Shown: positions 45,164 through 55,467 of the stretch, one piece after another
Numbering within the stretch: position 1 is the first letter of the stretch
Layout of the letters: each line of letters begins with the position of its first letter
NCBI GenBank assembly: GCA_015523295.1
Contig: WAKQ01000010.1
Coordinates: 59,021-123,020 of the forward strand
Length of the DNA: 64,000 nucleotides
Direction: 5' to 3'
Source: Desulfurococcales archaeon
GTDB lineage: Archaea > Thermoproteota > Thermoprotei_A > Sulfolobales > NBVN01
Notes under the pieces: model-generated
Told to the model about the DNA's origin: nothing
Seen by the model: only the letters and a program-made list of their open reading frames with translations
The model's database searches: none
Position numbers and translations under genes: made by a program

Positions 45164-46504
45164 ATGAGCGGAGGAAGCATCCTACTTAAAGGAGGGATTC
45201 TGATAACTCCCTCGGCGTCCATCAAAGCTGACATAAAAGTTGTCGATGGTAAGATCGCTGAAATAGGGGCAGCGCTAAACAATGCAGGCGTTGAAGAGGT
45301 TCTTGACGTATCAGGAATGTACGTTTTTCCCGGTGTTGTCGATGAGCACGTGCATATGAGGGAACCCGGACTTGAGTATAAGGATGACTTCACCCATGGT
45401 ACTGCAGGAGCTGCTGTAGGGGGTGTTACTACAGTCTTGGAAATGCCTAACACTAAGCCACCTGTTGATTCAGCAACCATATTGGAGGAAAAGAAAAGGC
45501 TCCTCTCGCAGAAGGCAAACGTGGATTTTGGGCTCTACGGCGTCATCCATAATACTAATGCACATAACTTTGATGATATAGTTGCCGCAGGTGCAGTCGG
45601 TTTCAAAATATTCTTAGGACCCACTACAGGCAACATACCACCTCCCGACGATGGGACATTATATGAGGTGCTAGAGAAATCAGCTAAGTATGATGTCCCA
45701 CTAGCTTTCCACGCTGAAAACGCTGACCTGGTGAAGTACTTCACCCAGAAAGTGAGATCAAGCGGAAGAACAGATCCTTCTGCACACACCGATGCCAGAC
45801 CTCCTATATGTGAGGAGGAGTCGATAAGGAAGTTAATTATACTATCTAAGTGGACGAATGGGAGGGTTCATATAGTACACATAGCGGCTAAGGAGGGTGT
45901 CGAGCTAGTGAGGGAGGCTAAGCATATGGGATATAAAGTCACGGGGGAGACATGTCCACATTACTTACTACTAAACACCGAGGATTACAAGAAGTATGGG
46001 ACGGCGATAAAGGTGAACCCCCCTATAAGAGATAGGGAACATCAAGAGGCCTTATGGAAAGGAGTATTGGACGGTACGATATATACTCTAGGTTCAGATC
46101 ATGCACCACATTCAGCAGAAGAAAAGAAGGGAGACATTTGGAAATGTGCAGCAGGCTTCACAGGGGTGCAAACCTTTCTCCCCCTGATGCTCGACCAAGC
46201 GCTTAAGGGGAGACTCCCGATAAATAAGATCCCCCAACTAATGAGCGAAAACCCTGCAAAGCTCTTCAGGCTATGGCCTAGGAAGGGCGCAATCATGGTT
46301 GGAAGTGATGGCGACTTTGCAATTGTAGACCCCAATGGCACAACAACCATTACTAAGGAATGGCTGATTGCTAAATATCCAATAACTCCCTATATAGGGT
46401 GGAAACTGAAGGGAAGTATCAGATACACTATTCTCAGAGGGCAGATAATAGCGAAGGATGGCAAGCTCATTCAACCTAGGAAAGGCACTTTCATTAAACC
46501 TTAA
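45164..46504 (+). CDS. pyrC: Dihydroorotase (cyclic amidohydrolase superfamily)
   Basis: VDEHVHMREPG and EMPNTKPP motifs typical of type-I PyrC, FKIFLG (the carboxylated-Lys region), SDHAPH. 446 aa. Confidence 0.7.
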   Translation: MSGGSILLKGGILITPSASIKADIKVVDGKIAEIGAALNNAGVEEVLDVSGMYVFPGVVDEHVHMREPGLEYKDDFTHGTAGAAVGGVTTVLEMPNTKPPVDSATILEEKKRLLSQKANVDFGLYGVIHNTNAHNFDDIVAAGAVGFKIFLGPTTGNIPPPDDGTLYEVLEKSAKYDVPLAFHAENADLVKYFTQKVRSSGRTDPSAHTDARPPICEEESIRKLIILSKWTNGRVHIVHIAAKEGVELVREAKHMGYKVTGETCPHYLLLNTEDYKKYGTAIKVNPPIRDREHQEALWKGVLDGTIYTLGSDHAPHSAEEKKGDIWKCAAGFTGVQTFLPLMLDQALKGRLPINKIPQLMSENPAKLFRLWPRKGAIMVGSDGDFAIVDPNGTTTITKEWLIAKYPITPYIGWKLKGSIRYTILRGQIIAKDGKLIQPRKGTFIKP

Positions 46505-46857
46505 GTTAATATACGGAGTAATAAAATTAAATTCTCTAATTTCAAATTTATTTTCTGAATTATGTAGATGAATGCAAAAATAATTATATTATTATCTTGA
46601 TTAGAGTACATAATTTTCCTTAATCCTACTCTGAACTACTGCTTATCTTCCCCTAAATCTTAAAAAGCAAATTAGAAAAGCATCAGTGAATTGCTAATTA
46701 ATTCATCGTATTTAATTATATATTAATTTTAGGTATATGGAATAAGCTGCTGAAAGTGCCTTATACCTAGTCAGGAATGCTCCAAGGTAGAGAAAGCCTA
46801 GTTGCATAGATCTACAGGGAATCATTACTAAAAGAATCAACCATGTTACTGGGGATT

Positions 46858-47157
46858 TTACTCTCTATGCTCGAAGTCTGGAGCTATGTCTAACTTCTCT
46901 CCTTTCTTTACAGCTATGAGGAAGAGTTTACCGTTAAGGACAAGTGTCTCCTTAACTATATAGCCTTCCTTCCCTAGGTTTCTGAAGATGTGCTGGAGTC
47001 TGATAGGTATTAAGTCGGTTGTAATTACCCTAACATCATCTTCGCTAACTCTTTCTTCTTTGGCAGCGTTTTCAATTGCTTCATGTAGAAGCCGTCTCTC
47101 TTCATCTGTTAAACCTTCAGGCTCAGGTGAATAGGTGAGGCCTTCTTTGAATCCCAA
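46858..47157 (-). CDS. Hypothetical small protein
   Basis: 99-aa ORF isolated within a 0.9-kb AT-rich spacer. No motif recognised. Confidence 0.3.
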   Translation of the reverse strand: MGFKEGLTYSPEPEGLTDEERRLLHEAIENAAKEERVSEDDVRVITTDLIPIRLQHIFRNLGKEGYIVKETLVLNGKLFLIAVKKGEKLDIAPDFEHRE

Positions 47158-47385
47158 CTTAATACACCTTGAAATATTGGGTTTCCCTGTAATATTAAGC
47201 CTATGCTTCGATTCACCTGCCTCTTAAGTCTCTTCATACTAATTTATTTGATTAAATGAAAAAAACAGGTATTGTTTACAAGTCAGAATATCTGATTTAT
47301 ATTAATTCATGGTTAAAAAGTGAAAAGCTTTTTAACGCATAATCCTCCGTTACTATGGATATCTAAACTTTAAAGAGGTGATTTA

Positions 47386-49728
47386 ATGAGTGCAGCAGAA
47401 GATCCGTATACTTTAATGGAGAAATGGCTTAAGGCGAAGGAGTTCTTGGTGGTTGGCAAGGGCGTTAGGAGAGCTGACGCTATTGAAAAAGCTTTAGGAA
47501 TGGCTAGGTACGTTGAAGATTTCTATATGCCAGGCCATATGTTATTTGTTAAGCAGGTGTTAAGCACTGAACCCCATGCAAGGATATTAGGTGTGGATGC
47601 TTCGAAAGCCTTAGAGATTCCAGGTGTTGAGGGGGTATTCACAGCAAAGGATATTCCTGGGGAAAATCAGGTCGGCTATGCTCTGCCTGATCAGCCTCTA
47701 TTAGCTGATGGCAAGGTCAGGTTTGTCGGCGATCTTGTGGCCCTCGTAGCCGCCAGGGATTTCGATACAGCGATAAGGGCTGCTGAAGAGGTCAGGATTA
47801 AATATGAGCCTCTGCCCTATGTTCTAGATCCTCTTGAAGCTATGAAGAGAACCGACGTTTTAGTTCATGAGGAGGTCGGCTCTAACATAGCTTTTAGAAC
47901 CAAGGTAAGAAAGGGCAATGTGGAGGAAGGGTTTGCTAAGTCAGACGTGATCGTAGAGAACGAATATAGGACCCATCATCAAGACCACCTTTACTTAGAG
48001 ACAGAGGGCGCGTTAGCCCTTCCAGAGCTGGGAGACAGGCTTACTGTCATATCGGCAGGCCAGTATCCCCACCTAGTGAGGGCCATAGTGTCGAGGGTTG
48101 TAGGCCTTCCAGAGAGCCATGTTAAGGTGATAATACCCTATATGGGAGGTGGTTTCGGCGGTAAGGATGATGAGGGCCCCTTAGTTGCTGCTAAGGCGGC
48201 GTTGGTTGCAAGGCTTACCGGGAAGCCGTCCTTCCTTCTCTACACAAGGGAAGAATCCCTCATAATGCATCCTAAGAGAGAAGCTACTGTGATTAAGTAC
48301 AAGAGTGGCGCGTCAAAGGATGGAAAGCTGCAGGCCATTGATGTGCAAATAATTCATGATACAGGTGCATTCACTAATAGAGGACCTTTCATATTGTGGA
48401 GGGCGACAGTTCACGCTTCAGGGCCATATAAGGTGCCGCACGCAAAGGTAGACGGATACTGCATATATACCAACAAAGTATACCAAGGTTCCTATAGGGG
48501 ATTCGGAAATCCATCCGTGCAGTTTGCAGCCGAGGCCCAAATGGATAGACTTGCTGAGAAGCTTGGAATGGATCCAGTGGACTTCCGCCTTAAGAACCTT
48601 CTGAGACCTGGAGATACAACAATCACTAATCAGCTCCTAGACCATTCCGTAGGTGTGGCTGATGCAGTTGCAAAACTAGCTGAAACGGCTGGGTGGAGAG
48701 AGAAGAGGGAGAGGTACTCTAAGGAAAACGGAGGAAGGTATAGGAAAGGTATAGGGATAGGAGTCGCTTGGCACGGCATAAGCACCTCCAGAGGCGTGCC
48801 TGACTGGTCTAACGCCTTAGTGAAGATAGAGAAGGACGGGTCGGTTAGTGTGCATACAGGCATTGTTGAGATGGGGCAGGGCTCTCCCGTAAGCTCCCAC
48901 CGTCAAATAGCTGCCGAGATCTTAGGTGCACCCATAGATCTGGTGACTGTTGACTTCGGCACCACTGACGCTCCTGACACTGGGGCGACGCATGCATCAA
49001 GAGGTACAAGTATCGGTGCTATAGGCGTCTATGTAGCGTCAGCTAAGCTTAGAGAGAGGCTAAACAGGCTGGCGGCTGAGCTCCTCGAGACATCACCTGA
49101 CGACATAGTGATTAAGGATGGTAAGGCTTATGCTAGGAGCAATCCCAGCAAGAGTATTAGTTGGAAAGACCTCATCAAGGAGGCTTACGCTAGAGGAGTG
49201 GAGATGAGCGCGACAGGCTACTTCTTCCTACCTAAGGGTAAGTTCGATGACCAGAAAGGGCAGGGCTATGCCTATCCAGCCTTCAGTTATGTTGCTATGA
49301 TAGCTGAGGTCGAGGTAGATACATACACGGGGAAGGTGAGGGTTCTGAGGATATGGCCTGGCCTGGCTGCGGGGAAGATAATAAATCCAACTCAGGTAGA
49401 AGGGCAGGTAGAAGGAGCTGCAGTTCAAGGAATGGGCTATGCCCTAATGGAGCAGTTCGTCTTCGACGATAAGGGCAGGATACTAAACGCTGATATGACT
49501 GACTATGTGATCCCGACAGCTTTAGATGCGCCTGAAATAATGAAGCCTGTATATGTTGAAGACATATTCAAGTATGGACCCTTCGGAGCTAAGGGTGTGG
49601 GTGAGATGGCATTGATACCGGCACCCGCAGCAATAGCTAATGCAGTGTCGAATGCCTTAGGGATCAAGGTTACTAAGCTACCTCTAACCTCAGAGAATGT
49701 TTACTTCCTGATTAAGGGGAAGAGATAG
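47386..49728 (+). CDS. Molybdopterin hydroxylase large subunit, cluster 2
   Basis: 780 aa. Motifs GGGFGGKDD, YRGFGNPS, EVEVDTYTGKVR and GPFGAKGVGEMA. Confidence 0.85.
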   Translation: MSAAEDPYTLMEKWLKAKEFLVVGKGVRRADAIEKALGMARYVEDFYMPGHMLFVKQVLSTEPHARILGVDASKALEIPGVEGVFTAKDIPGENQVGYALPDQPLLADGKVRFVGDLVALVAARDFDTAIRAAEEVRIKYEPLPYVLDPLEAMKRTDVLVHEEVGSNIAFRTKVRKGNVEEGFAKSDVIVENEYRTHHQDHLYLETEGALALPELGDRLTVISAGQYPHLVRAIVSRVVGLPESHVKVIIPYMGGGFGGKDDEGPLVAAKAALVARLTGKPSFLLYTREESLIMHPKREATVIKYKSGASKDGKLQAIDVQIIHDTGAFTNRGPFILWRATVHASGPYKVPHAKVDGYCIYTNKVYQGSYRGFGNPSVQFAAEAQMDRLAEKLGMDPVDFRLKNLLRPGDTTITNQLLDHSVGVADAVAKLAETAGWREKRERYSKENGGRYRKGIGIGVAWHGISTSRGVPDWSNALVKIEKDGSVSVHTGIVEMGQGSPVSSHRQIAAEILGAPIDLVTVDFGTTDAPDTGATHASRGTSIGAIGVYVASAKLRERLNRLAAELLETSPDDIVIKDGKAYARSNPSKSISWKDLIKEAYARGVEMSATGYFFLPKGKFDDQKGQGYAYPAFSYVAMIAEVEVDTYTGKVRVLRIWPGLAAGKIINPTQVEGQVEGAAVQGMGYALMEQFVFDDKGRILNADMTDYVIPTALDAPEIMKPVYVEDIFKYGPFGAKGVGEMALIPAPAAIANAVSNALGIKVTKLPLTSENVYFLIKGKR

Positions 49729-49739
49729 GGGGTGAGAGC

Positions 49740-50626
49740 ATGTTCTACAGGATACCTGAAATAAACTACATATATGTCTCAAAACTTGATGAAGCCCTAG
49801 AGGTCTTACACACGCTGGACAACGCGAGAGTTCTAGCGGGTGGTACTGACCTAGTGATGGATCTGAAAATAGGCCGTATAAGGCCGGAGACCATTGTAGA
49901 CATATCTAGGGTTGACGAGCTTAAGTACATTAAAGATGAGGGGGATTATCTAAGGATCGGTGCTCTAACCACTCTTCAAGATATAGTGGAGTCAAGCCTT
50001 GTAAGGGCTAAAGCTCCTGTACTTGTAAAGGCTGTGAATGAGATGGCCTCATGGCAAGTCCGGAATGTTGCCACTATTGGGGGTAATTTGTGTAATGCTT
50101 CTCCGGCAGCTGACAGCGCCCCGCCGCTGATGGTTCTTGAGGCACGCCTAATACTAGCGAGCAGGGAAGGAGAGAGAGAAGTACCAATAACCCAGTTCTT
50201 CAAAGGACCTAGGAAAACTGAGCTCAGGAAGGACGAGCTCCTGAAAGAGATAATAATACCTTATGAGAGGGGTAGCGGGCAGCACTATATTAAGCTGGGA
50301 AGGAGGGATGCGTTCACTCTCTCCATAGTTTCAGTAGCGGCTTTAGTTAAGGTGAGTAATGGAAAGTTCAGCGATGTGAGAATAGCGCTGAACTCTGTGG
50401 CTCCAACACCTGTAAGAGCCTATGATGCTGAGAACGCATTAAAGGGTAGGGAAGTGAATCTAGAGAATATTGAGAATGTGTCGAAGCTGGTGCTCAACTC
50501 CATATCCCCCCAATAACTGACGTCAGGGCTTCAGCTGAGTACAGGAAAGAGATGTCAGTGGTTTTAACTCGTGATGCATTACTAGCTGCGTTAAAGGATT
50601 TAGGCATTAACTTAGGAGGTGAGTAA
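49740..50626 (+). pseudogene. Molybdopterin hydroxylase FAD-binding medium subunit, cluster 2, interrupted by a frameshift at a C6 run
   Basis: The annotated frame stops at 50514..50516 after ...LNSISPQ. The -1 frame continues as ITDVRASAEYRKEMSVVLTRDALLAALKDLGINLGGE* (to 50626). This is the conserved C-terminus of the family; compare ISPIDDVRSTAFYRRE in cluster 1. Confidence 0.7.
50070..50261. repeat. Partner of the near-identical tract at 42128..42319
   Basis: See 42128..42319. The shared tract encodes ATIGGNLCNASPAADSAPPLMVLEARLILASREGEREVPITQFFKGP, identical in both paralogs. Confidence 0.9.
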
Positions 50627-50628
50627 GC

Positions 50629-51096
50629 ATGGAGGTATTCTTCAAACTAAATGGTCAGCCTGTTAAAGTTGATGTAAAGCCTAACGAGGTGCTGCTAGAT
50701 GTCCTTAGGCTAAAGCTGGGGATCAAGAGTGTCAAGAGGGGATGTGAGAGGGCGGAGTGCGGAACCTGCACAGTACTTCTTGACGGCAAGCCAACATATT
50801 CATGCATGATCCTAGCGCCCTACGTTAATGGAAGGGAAGTAGCAACCATAGAATACCTGAAGGAAAACGGGGAGCTTAAGCCACTGGTTGAGGCCTTCGC
50901 TGATGTAGGAGCTGTCCAATGCGGATTCTGCACACCTGGGTTCCTCTTAACTGTCTATGCCTTCCTGAAGAAGAACCCCAGTCCTACTAGGGAGGAGATA
51001 AAGAAAGCTATAGAGGGTAATCTCTGCAGATGCACAGGCTATAAGAAGATAATCGAAGCTATAGAGCTTGCCAGTAAGAAGATGAAGTCCGGCTAG
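50629..51096 (+). CDS. Molybdopterin hydroxylase small subunit, [2Fe-2S], cluster 2
   Basis: CERAECGTCTV, QCGFCTPGF and NLCRCTGY motifs. A GGAGGTGA Shine-Dalgarno-like sequence lies upstream. Confidence 0.85.
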   Translation: MEVFFKLNGQPVKVDVKPNEVLLDVLRLKLGIKSVKRGCERAECGTCTVLLDGKPTYSCMILAPYVNGREVATIEYLKENGELKPLVEAFADVGAVQCGFCTPGFLLTVYAFLKKNPSPTREEIKKAIEGNLCRCTGYKKIIEAIELASKKMKSG

Positions 51097-51264
51097 CTAT
51101 AATAGTTTAATATGAGTCTACAAATAAGGCAAATGATTAACAAACTTTTTTTGTTTGAAATGATGTAAAATATTTTCAAATAATGAACATAATGAAGAAC
51201 ATATCCTAGTATAGATGGATGTAATATAAAACAAAAAATTTATTATAACAGATTAAACATTTAT

Positions 51265-52680
51265 GTGTGGTGTAGCTTAATGACAAGGAAATTCAGAAAA
51301 GCTTTATCAAAAGCGGCAACAGTCTCAATTATAGTAATTATAATAATAGCAGTCGCAGCTGGAATAGCTTACTATTACTACCAGTCAGCAGCACCGGCAC
51401 CTACTGCCACTACCACCACTTCCACTATATCATCGCCTTCACCCACGCAAACCACCACTTCCACTGCCGCTACTAAGCCTAAAATATCGGTGATTAAGAT
51501 AGGGTTGATTGAGCCTCTCACAGGATCGCATGCTGTCTTCGGTCAGGAGGCTAAGGAAGCAGCAGAGCTGGCTGTAGATGTAATAAACAATGAGTTAGGA
51601 GGTATCAAGTCACTAGGAGGTGCGAAGCTTCAGTTAATAGTTCAGGACTCTGGTGAATCACCCGATAACGCTAGGTTGGCGGCTGAGAAGCTGATCTCAC
51701 AGTATCATCCTAATATAGTGATAGGAGCCTACATAAGCAGATTAACTGCAGCGGTTGCTGAGGTGACGGAGAGATCACACACAATCCTCTTCATGGACGG
51801 CCTGGTCGACGACTTAACTCAACATGGCTGGAAATACGTGTTTAGAGCAGCTCCGAAGGCAAGCGCTCATGGTAAGTCAGCAGTTGACTTCATCATTGAC
51901 ATGGCTAAAAAGAAAGGCATTAAGGTTAAGACCGCTATAGTCCTGAACGAGGACTCAGTGTTCGGAACGTATGTGGGCAACGGCGCTACCCTAGAGCTAG
52001 TTAAGAACGGTATCAAAGTGCTTGACCATATAACATATCCATATGATATATCTGATGTGAGCTCAATAATCAACAAGATAAAGTCCGAGAAGCCGGATGT
52101 TGTCATCTCGGTACCATACTTCCACGATGCTGTCCTCATAGCTAAGGCGATAAAGTCTCAGGGCATACACCTTATGTTCATTGCTGGTGCTGGAGGTTGT
52201 GGCTACACGGATCCTGACTCAATTAAGGCCGCTGGAGATGCAGTGCTCTATTATACACAGACGTACAGCTTCAACCCGTTTAGACCTACAAAATGGGATC
52301 AGAAACTTGTAAGCATGTTCAAGGAGAAGTACGGTAAGATACCTACTGAGGCAGGAGGCATTATACTATACACGATGTTCACAATATATGCAGGCCTTGA
52401 GAAGGCAGGGCAGATGTATCCCAACGATCCACTCAATCCAGACAATCTGAGGAATGTCTTCCTCTCATTAGATCTGACAGACAATAACAGCATCGCAGGT
52501 CAGCTCTACCCGACAGGTCATATCAAGTTCCTACCTAACGGCGATAACGAGTATGCAGGAACTGCAATCTTGCAGGTGCAGAGGATTAACGGGACACTGC
52601 AACCAGTGCTGGTGTGGCCTGAGCCACAGCCCGGAGTACAGCCGGTCTTCCCGAGACCTGACTGGACACCTTCAGGTTAA
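51265..52680 (+). CDS. Liv-type (branched-chain amino acid / amide family) ABC substrate-binding protein, TM-anchored with Thr-rich linker
   Basis: N-terminal TM helix, the linker PAPTATTTTSTISSPSPTQTTTSTAATKP, then a type-I periplasmic-binding fold pattern (IKIGLIEPLTGSHAVFG). Confidence 0.8.
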   Translation: MWCSLMTRKFRKALSKAATVSIIVIIIIAVAAGIAYYYYQSAAPAPTATTTTSTISSPSPTQTTTSTAATKPKISVIKIGLIEPLTGSHAVFGQEAKEAAELAVDVINNELGGIKSLGGAKLQLIVQDSGESPDNARLAAEKLISQYHPNIVIGAYISRLTAAVAEVTERSHTILFMDGLVDDLTQHGWKYVFRAAPKASAHGKSAVDFIIDMAKKKGIKVKTAIVLNEDSVFGTYVGNGATLELVKNGIKVLDHITYPYDISDVSSIINKIKSEKPDVVISVPYFHDAVLIAKAIKSQGIHLMFIAGAGGCGYTDPDSIKAAGDAVLYYTQTYSFNPFRPTKWDQKLVSMFKEKYGKIPTEAGGIILYTMFTIYAGLEKAGQMYPNDPLNPDNLRNVFLSLDLTDNNSIAGQLYPTGHIKFLPNGDNEYAGTAILQVQRINGTLQPVLVWPEPQPGVQPVFPRPDWTPSG

Positions 52681-52828
52681 AATAAAATAACATGCTGAAG
52701 ATAAAACCTCAAAATGAAAAAAGGCTTATTTTTATCAATCTGCTTCAATTAAAAACTTTTAAAAACCACTAAAGCTTTTAAGTTAATTCTTAACAAGTTG
52801 ATAGAACTCATTCCAAAGAGGTTGAGTC

Positions 52829-53698
52829 ATGATGGATCCAATACTAGTAACGAATAACGTGCTTGACGGGCTCCTCATGGGCTTGCTCTACTCTCTAGTT
52901 GCATTGGGGCTAGCCTTAATCTTCGGTGTGATGGACATCATCAACTTTGCTCACGGTGACTTCGTCATGATTGGGGCATACACGGCATGGCTGCTGGCGA
53001 TGGCGTTCTGGGTGGATCCCTCAGTGACTGCCATAATTACTGTACCGTTATTCTTCATCATCGGAATAGGCATTTACAAGCTAGTGATCGAGCCAGTGCT
53101 AGGTGCTGAACCCTTAATTCAGATAGCTGTCACGGTAGGTCTTGGCTATGTGTTCCAGAATATTGCGCTGGCATTATGGCATGCAGAGCCTAAGTCATTC
53201 CCAGCTCCTTGGCTAAACTTCAGCATCTCTGCTGGCGGGATAACTCTCTCAGTGGCTAAGCTAATCGCTGGCGGGATATCAATTATCTCACTATACTTGA
53301 TACATTACATGCTTACGAAAACCAAGTTCGGTCTTGCAGTTAGAGCTACCTCAGCTAATAGAGAGGTCGCCCCTCTTATGGGTATAAACGTCAAGAAAGT
53401 GTATGCAATCACGTTCGGTATAGGGACAGCTCTCACAGCCTTAGGTGCCGCCCTGTATATGTCTTGGGGTCAGACGAACCCCTACCTAGGGCAATCCTTC
53501 AGCCTACTCTCGTGGGTTATAGTGGCTATGGGAGGCTTAGGTGGAGTTATAGGGGTGCTGTACTCCGGCCTCATCGTGGGGGTCTTAGAAGCACTTGGGA
53601 GCACCTTCATAACACCTAGTGCTAGGCTTGCAGTGGTCTACCTAGCGTTCTTCTTGCTTCTGTGGTTCAGGCCTAGAGGCCTCTTCGCTAGGAGGTGA
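52829..53698 (+). CDS. livH: Branched-chain amino acid-type ABC permease (LivH family)
   Basis: 289 aa, polytopic. The INFAHGDF motif is typical of LivH. Confidence 0.85.
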   Translation: MMDPILVTNNVLDGLLMGLLYSLVALGLALIFGVMDIINFAHGDFVMIGAYTAWLLAMAFWVDPSVTAIITVPLFFIIGIGIYKLVIEPVLGAEPLIQIAVTVGLGYVFQNIALALWHAEPKSFPAPWLNFSISAGGITLSVAKLIAGGISIISLYLIHYMLTKTKFGLAVRATSANREVAPLMGINVKKVYAITFGIGTALTALGAALYMSWGQTNPYLGQSFSLLSWVIVAMGGLGGVIGVLYSGLIVGVLEALGSTFITPSARLAVVYLAFFLLLWFRPRGLFARR

Positions 53699-54717
53699 TC
53701 GCGATGGCGCTCAGTGAATGGGTTAGGGAGAGTAGGAAATACATCCTCGGAACTATAATTCTGGTCCTGGTATTGGCATTCATCCCCTTCATCATAGGCT
53801 TCGATCAATACCTCCTCCTCATATTGTCAACTGCAGCAATATTCGCCGTATTTGTCGTGGCTTGGAACATCATAGGGGGATATGCTGGCCAGCTAGATCT
53901 AGGAGCTTTCGCCTATATAGCATTAGGCGGGATAGTAGCAGCTCAGCTTCTCGTAGTGTATAATATAACTCCCTGGATAGGGATGTTCGTAGGTGCTGGC
54001 GTATCCGCTGTACTGGCAGCGGCCATAGGTTACCCCACTTTCAGGTTCGGGATTAAGGAGGTATGGTATGCACTCCTGACAGCCGCCCTAGTTGTTATTC
54101 TGAATAATATCTTTCATCTCCCAGAGGTTCTAGGTTCCCTTGACCATTATCTACCACCCGCGAACGGTTGGTATTATCTGAAGTTCCCTGTTTATGAGAA
54201 CATATACTGGTTCATCTTAGCTATGCTGGCGATTGTAGTGTTCATCAACCTATGGGTAAGTAAGTCTAAGGTAGGATACTATCTAAGAGCTATACGTGAG
54301 GATGAGCTCGCCGCCGAGGCATTAGGTATTGACGTGAGGAAGTATAAGCTTGAGGCCCTAGTCCTCTACGCAGCTATCCTGGGTTTCATGGGTTACGTAT
54401 ATATAGTGATAGCAGGCACATACTCATACCATACATTCGACAGCCCTCATTCAATAGCTATTGCGATTATGGGTATCATAGGAGGCCTAGGCTCTATAGC
54501 AGGTGCCCTGACCTCTGCTATAACCCTGAAGGTGGTTGAGGAGTACCTGAGGGCGTCAATCGGAGCTACCATTCCCGGAATACATCTCCTGATTTACGGC
54601 CTCCTCCTAATAATAATAGGCATATTCAAGCCCGACGGGCTTGCAGGGATATATGAGTCCCTTAAAAAGAGGAGAACTTCTGGCAGAAAGAAGATTTCAG
54701 GAGGTGGTAATCCTTGA
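53695..54717 (+). CDS. livM: Branched-chain amino acid-type ABC permease (LivM family)
   Basis: 340 aa, polytopic. [10 protein letters not shown] motif. 4-nt overlap with livH. Confidence 0.85.
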   Translation: MIAMALSEWVRESRKYILGTIILVLVLAFIPFIIGFDQYLLLILSTAAIFAVFVVAWNIIGGYAGQLDLGAFAYIALGGIVAAQLLVVYNITPWIGMFVGAGVSAVLAAAIGYPTFRFGIKEVWYALLTAALVVILNNIFHLPEVLGSLDHYLPPANGWYYLKFPVYENIYWFILAMLAIVVFINLWVSKSKVGYYLRAIREDELAAEALGIDVRKYKLEALVLYAAILGFMGYVYIVIAGTYSYHTFDSPHSIAIAIMGIIGGLGSIAGALTSAITLKVVEEYLRASIGATIPGIHLLIYGLLLIIIGIFKPDGLAGIYESLKKRRTSGRKKISGGGNP

Positions 54718-55451
54718 GCGGTGGGGAGGAAATCCTGAAAGTCGAAAACGTGGTTAAAAGGTTCGGGGGGATTACAGCCGTCAACAGAGTATCCTTTAAT
54801 GTGAGGAAAGGCGAGATATTAGGGCTTATAGGCCCTAACGGTGCCGGTAAGACGACGCTATTTAACTGCATAACAGGTGTTTACAGACCTGAGGAGGGCA
54901 GGATAGTATTCTTAGGTGAAGATATCACTGGCCTGCAACCACACGTAATTGCAAGGAAGGGCATTGTAAGGACATGGCAAAAGGTCCGCCCATTTAAGAA
55001 GATGACAGTTCTCGACACAGTTACCGTGGGAGCACTGCTTAGAACAAACAGCGTTACAGAAGCTAAGAGAAAGGCCGAAGACATCCTTAAATTTATCGAG
55101 TTCCCTGAGGATAAGTTCGAGGTTATGGGGAAGGAGATAACATTGATAGAGCATAAGCTGGTGGACCTTGCAAGAGCTATAGCAACAGAGCCAACATTAC
55201 TTCTCCTAGATGAGGTGGCGGCAGGGCTAAGACCTAATGAGATGGAGAGGCTTGCGTCAATACTTAAGAAGGTTAATAAAGAGAGAAACCTGACGATGAT
55301 TGTCGTGGAGCACGTCATGCGTTTTGTTATGGGCTTAAGTCAGAGGATGATCGTGATGCATGAGGGTGAGAAGATAGCTGAAGGCACACCTCAGGAAATA
55401 GCGAATAATCCGAGAGTGATAGAAGCGTACTTAGGCACTAAGCCTTTGTAA
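54714..55451 (+). CDS. livG: ABC ATP-binding protein (LivG family)
   Basis: Walker [13 protein letters not shown], Walker B LLLLDE, C-terminal [10 protein letters not shown]. Confidence 0.9.
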   Translation: MSGGEEILKVENVVKRFGGITAVNRVSFNVRKGEILGLIGPNGAGKTTLFNCITGVYRPEEGRIVFLGEDITGLQPHVIARKGIVRTWQKVRPFKKMTVLDTVTVGALLRTNSVTEAKRKAEDILKFIEFPEDKFEVMGKEITLIEHKLVDLARAIATEPTLLLLDEVAAGLRPNEMERLASILKKVNKERNLTMIVVEHVMRFVMGLSQRMIVMHEGEKIAEGTPQEIANNPRVIEAYLGTKPL

Positions 55452-55467
55452 GATGAGGTGAAGGGGA

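Noticed and set aside
40265-46504. Reading pyrB-like, pyrC-like and molybdoenzyme genes as a purine/pyrimidine catabolic cluster (transcarbamylase + hydantoinase + xanthine dehydrogenase, as in the E. coli ygeW-xdh region)
   Set aside because: The carbamoyltransferase has the ATCase-specific HPLPRV motif and C-terminal pattern. The amidohydrolase has the PyrC-type D-x-HVH...MPNTKPP motifs rather than hydantoinase or allantoinase signatures. pyrB also has its own promoter-like gap. Biosynthetic pyrB and pyrC are the simpler reading.
46505-47385. AT-rich spacer as a possible replication origin
   Set aside because: Only one weak, gapped resemblance to an ORB-type element (tctacagggaatc, around 46811..46823) was seen. 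There are no repeated or inverted ORB copies and no orc1/cdc6 or whiP gene nearby. AT-richness alone is not enough.
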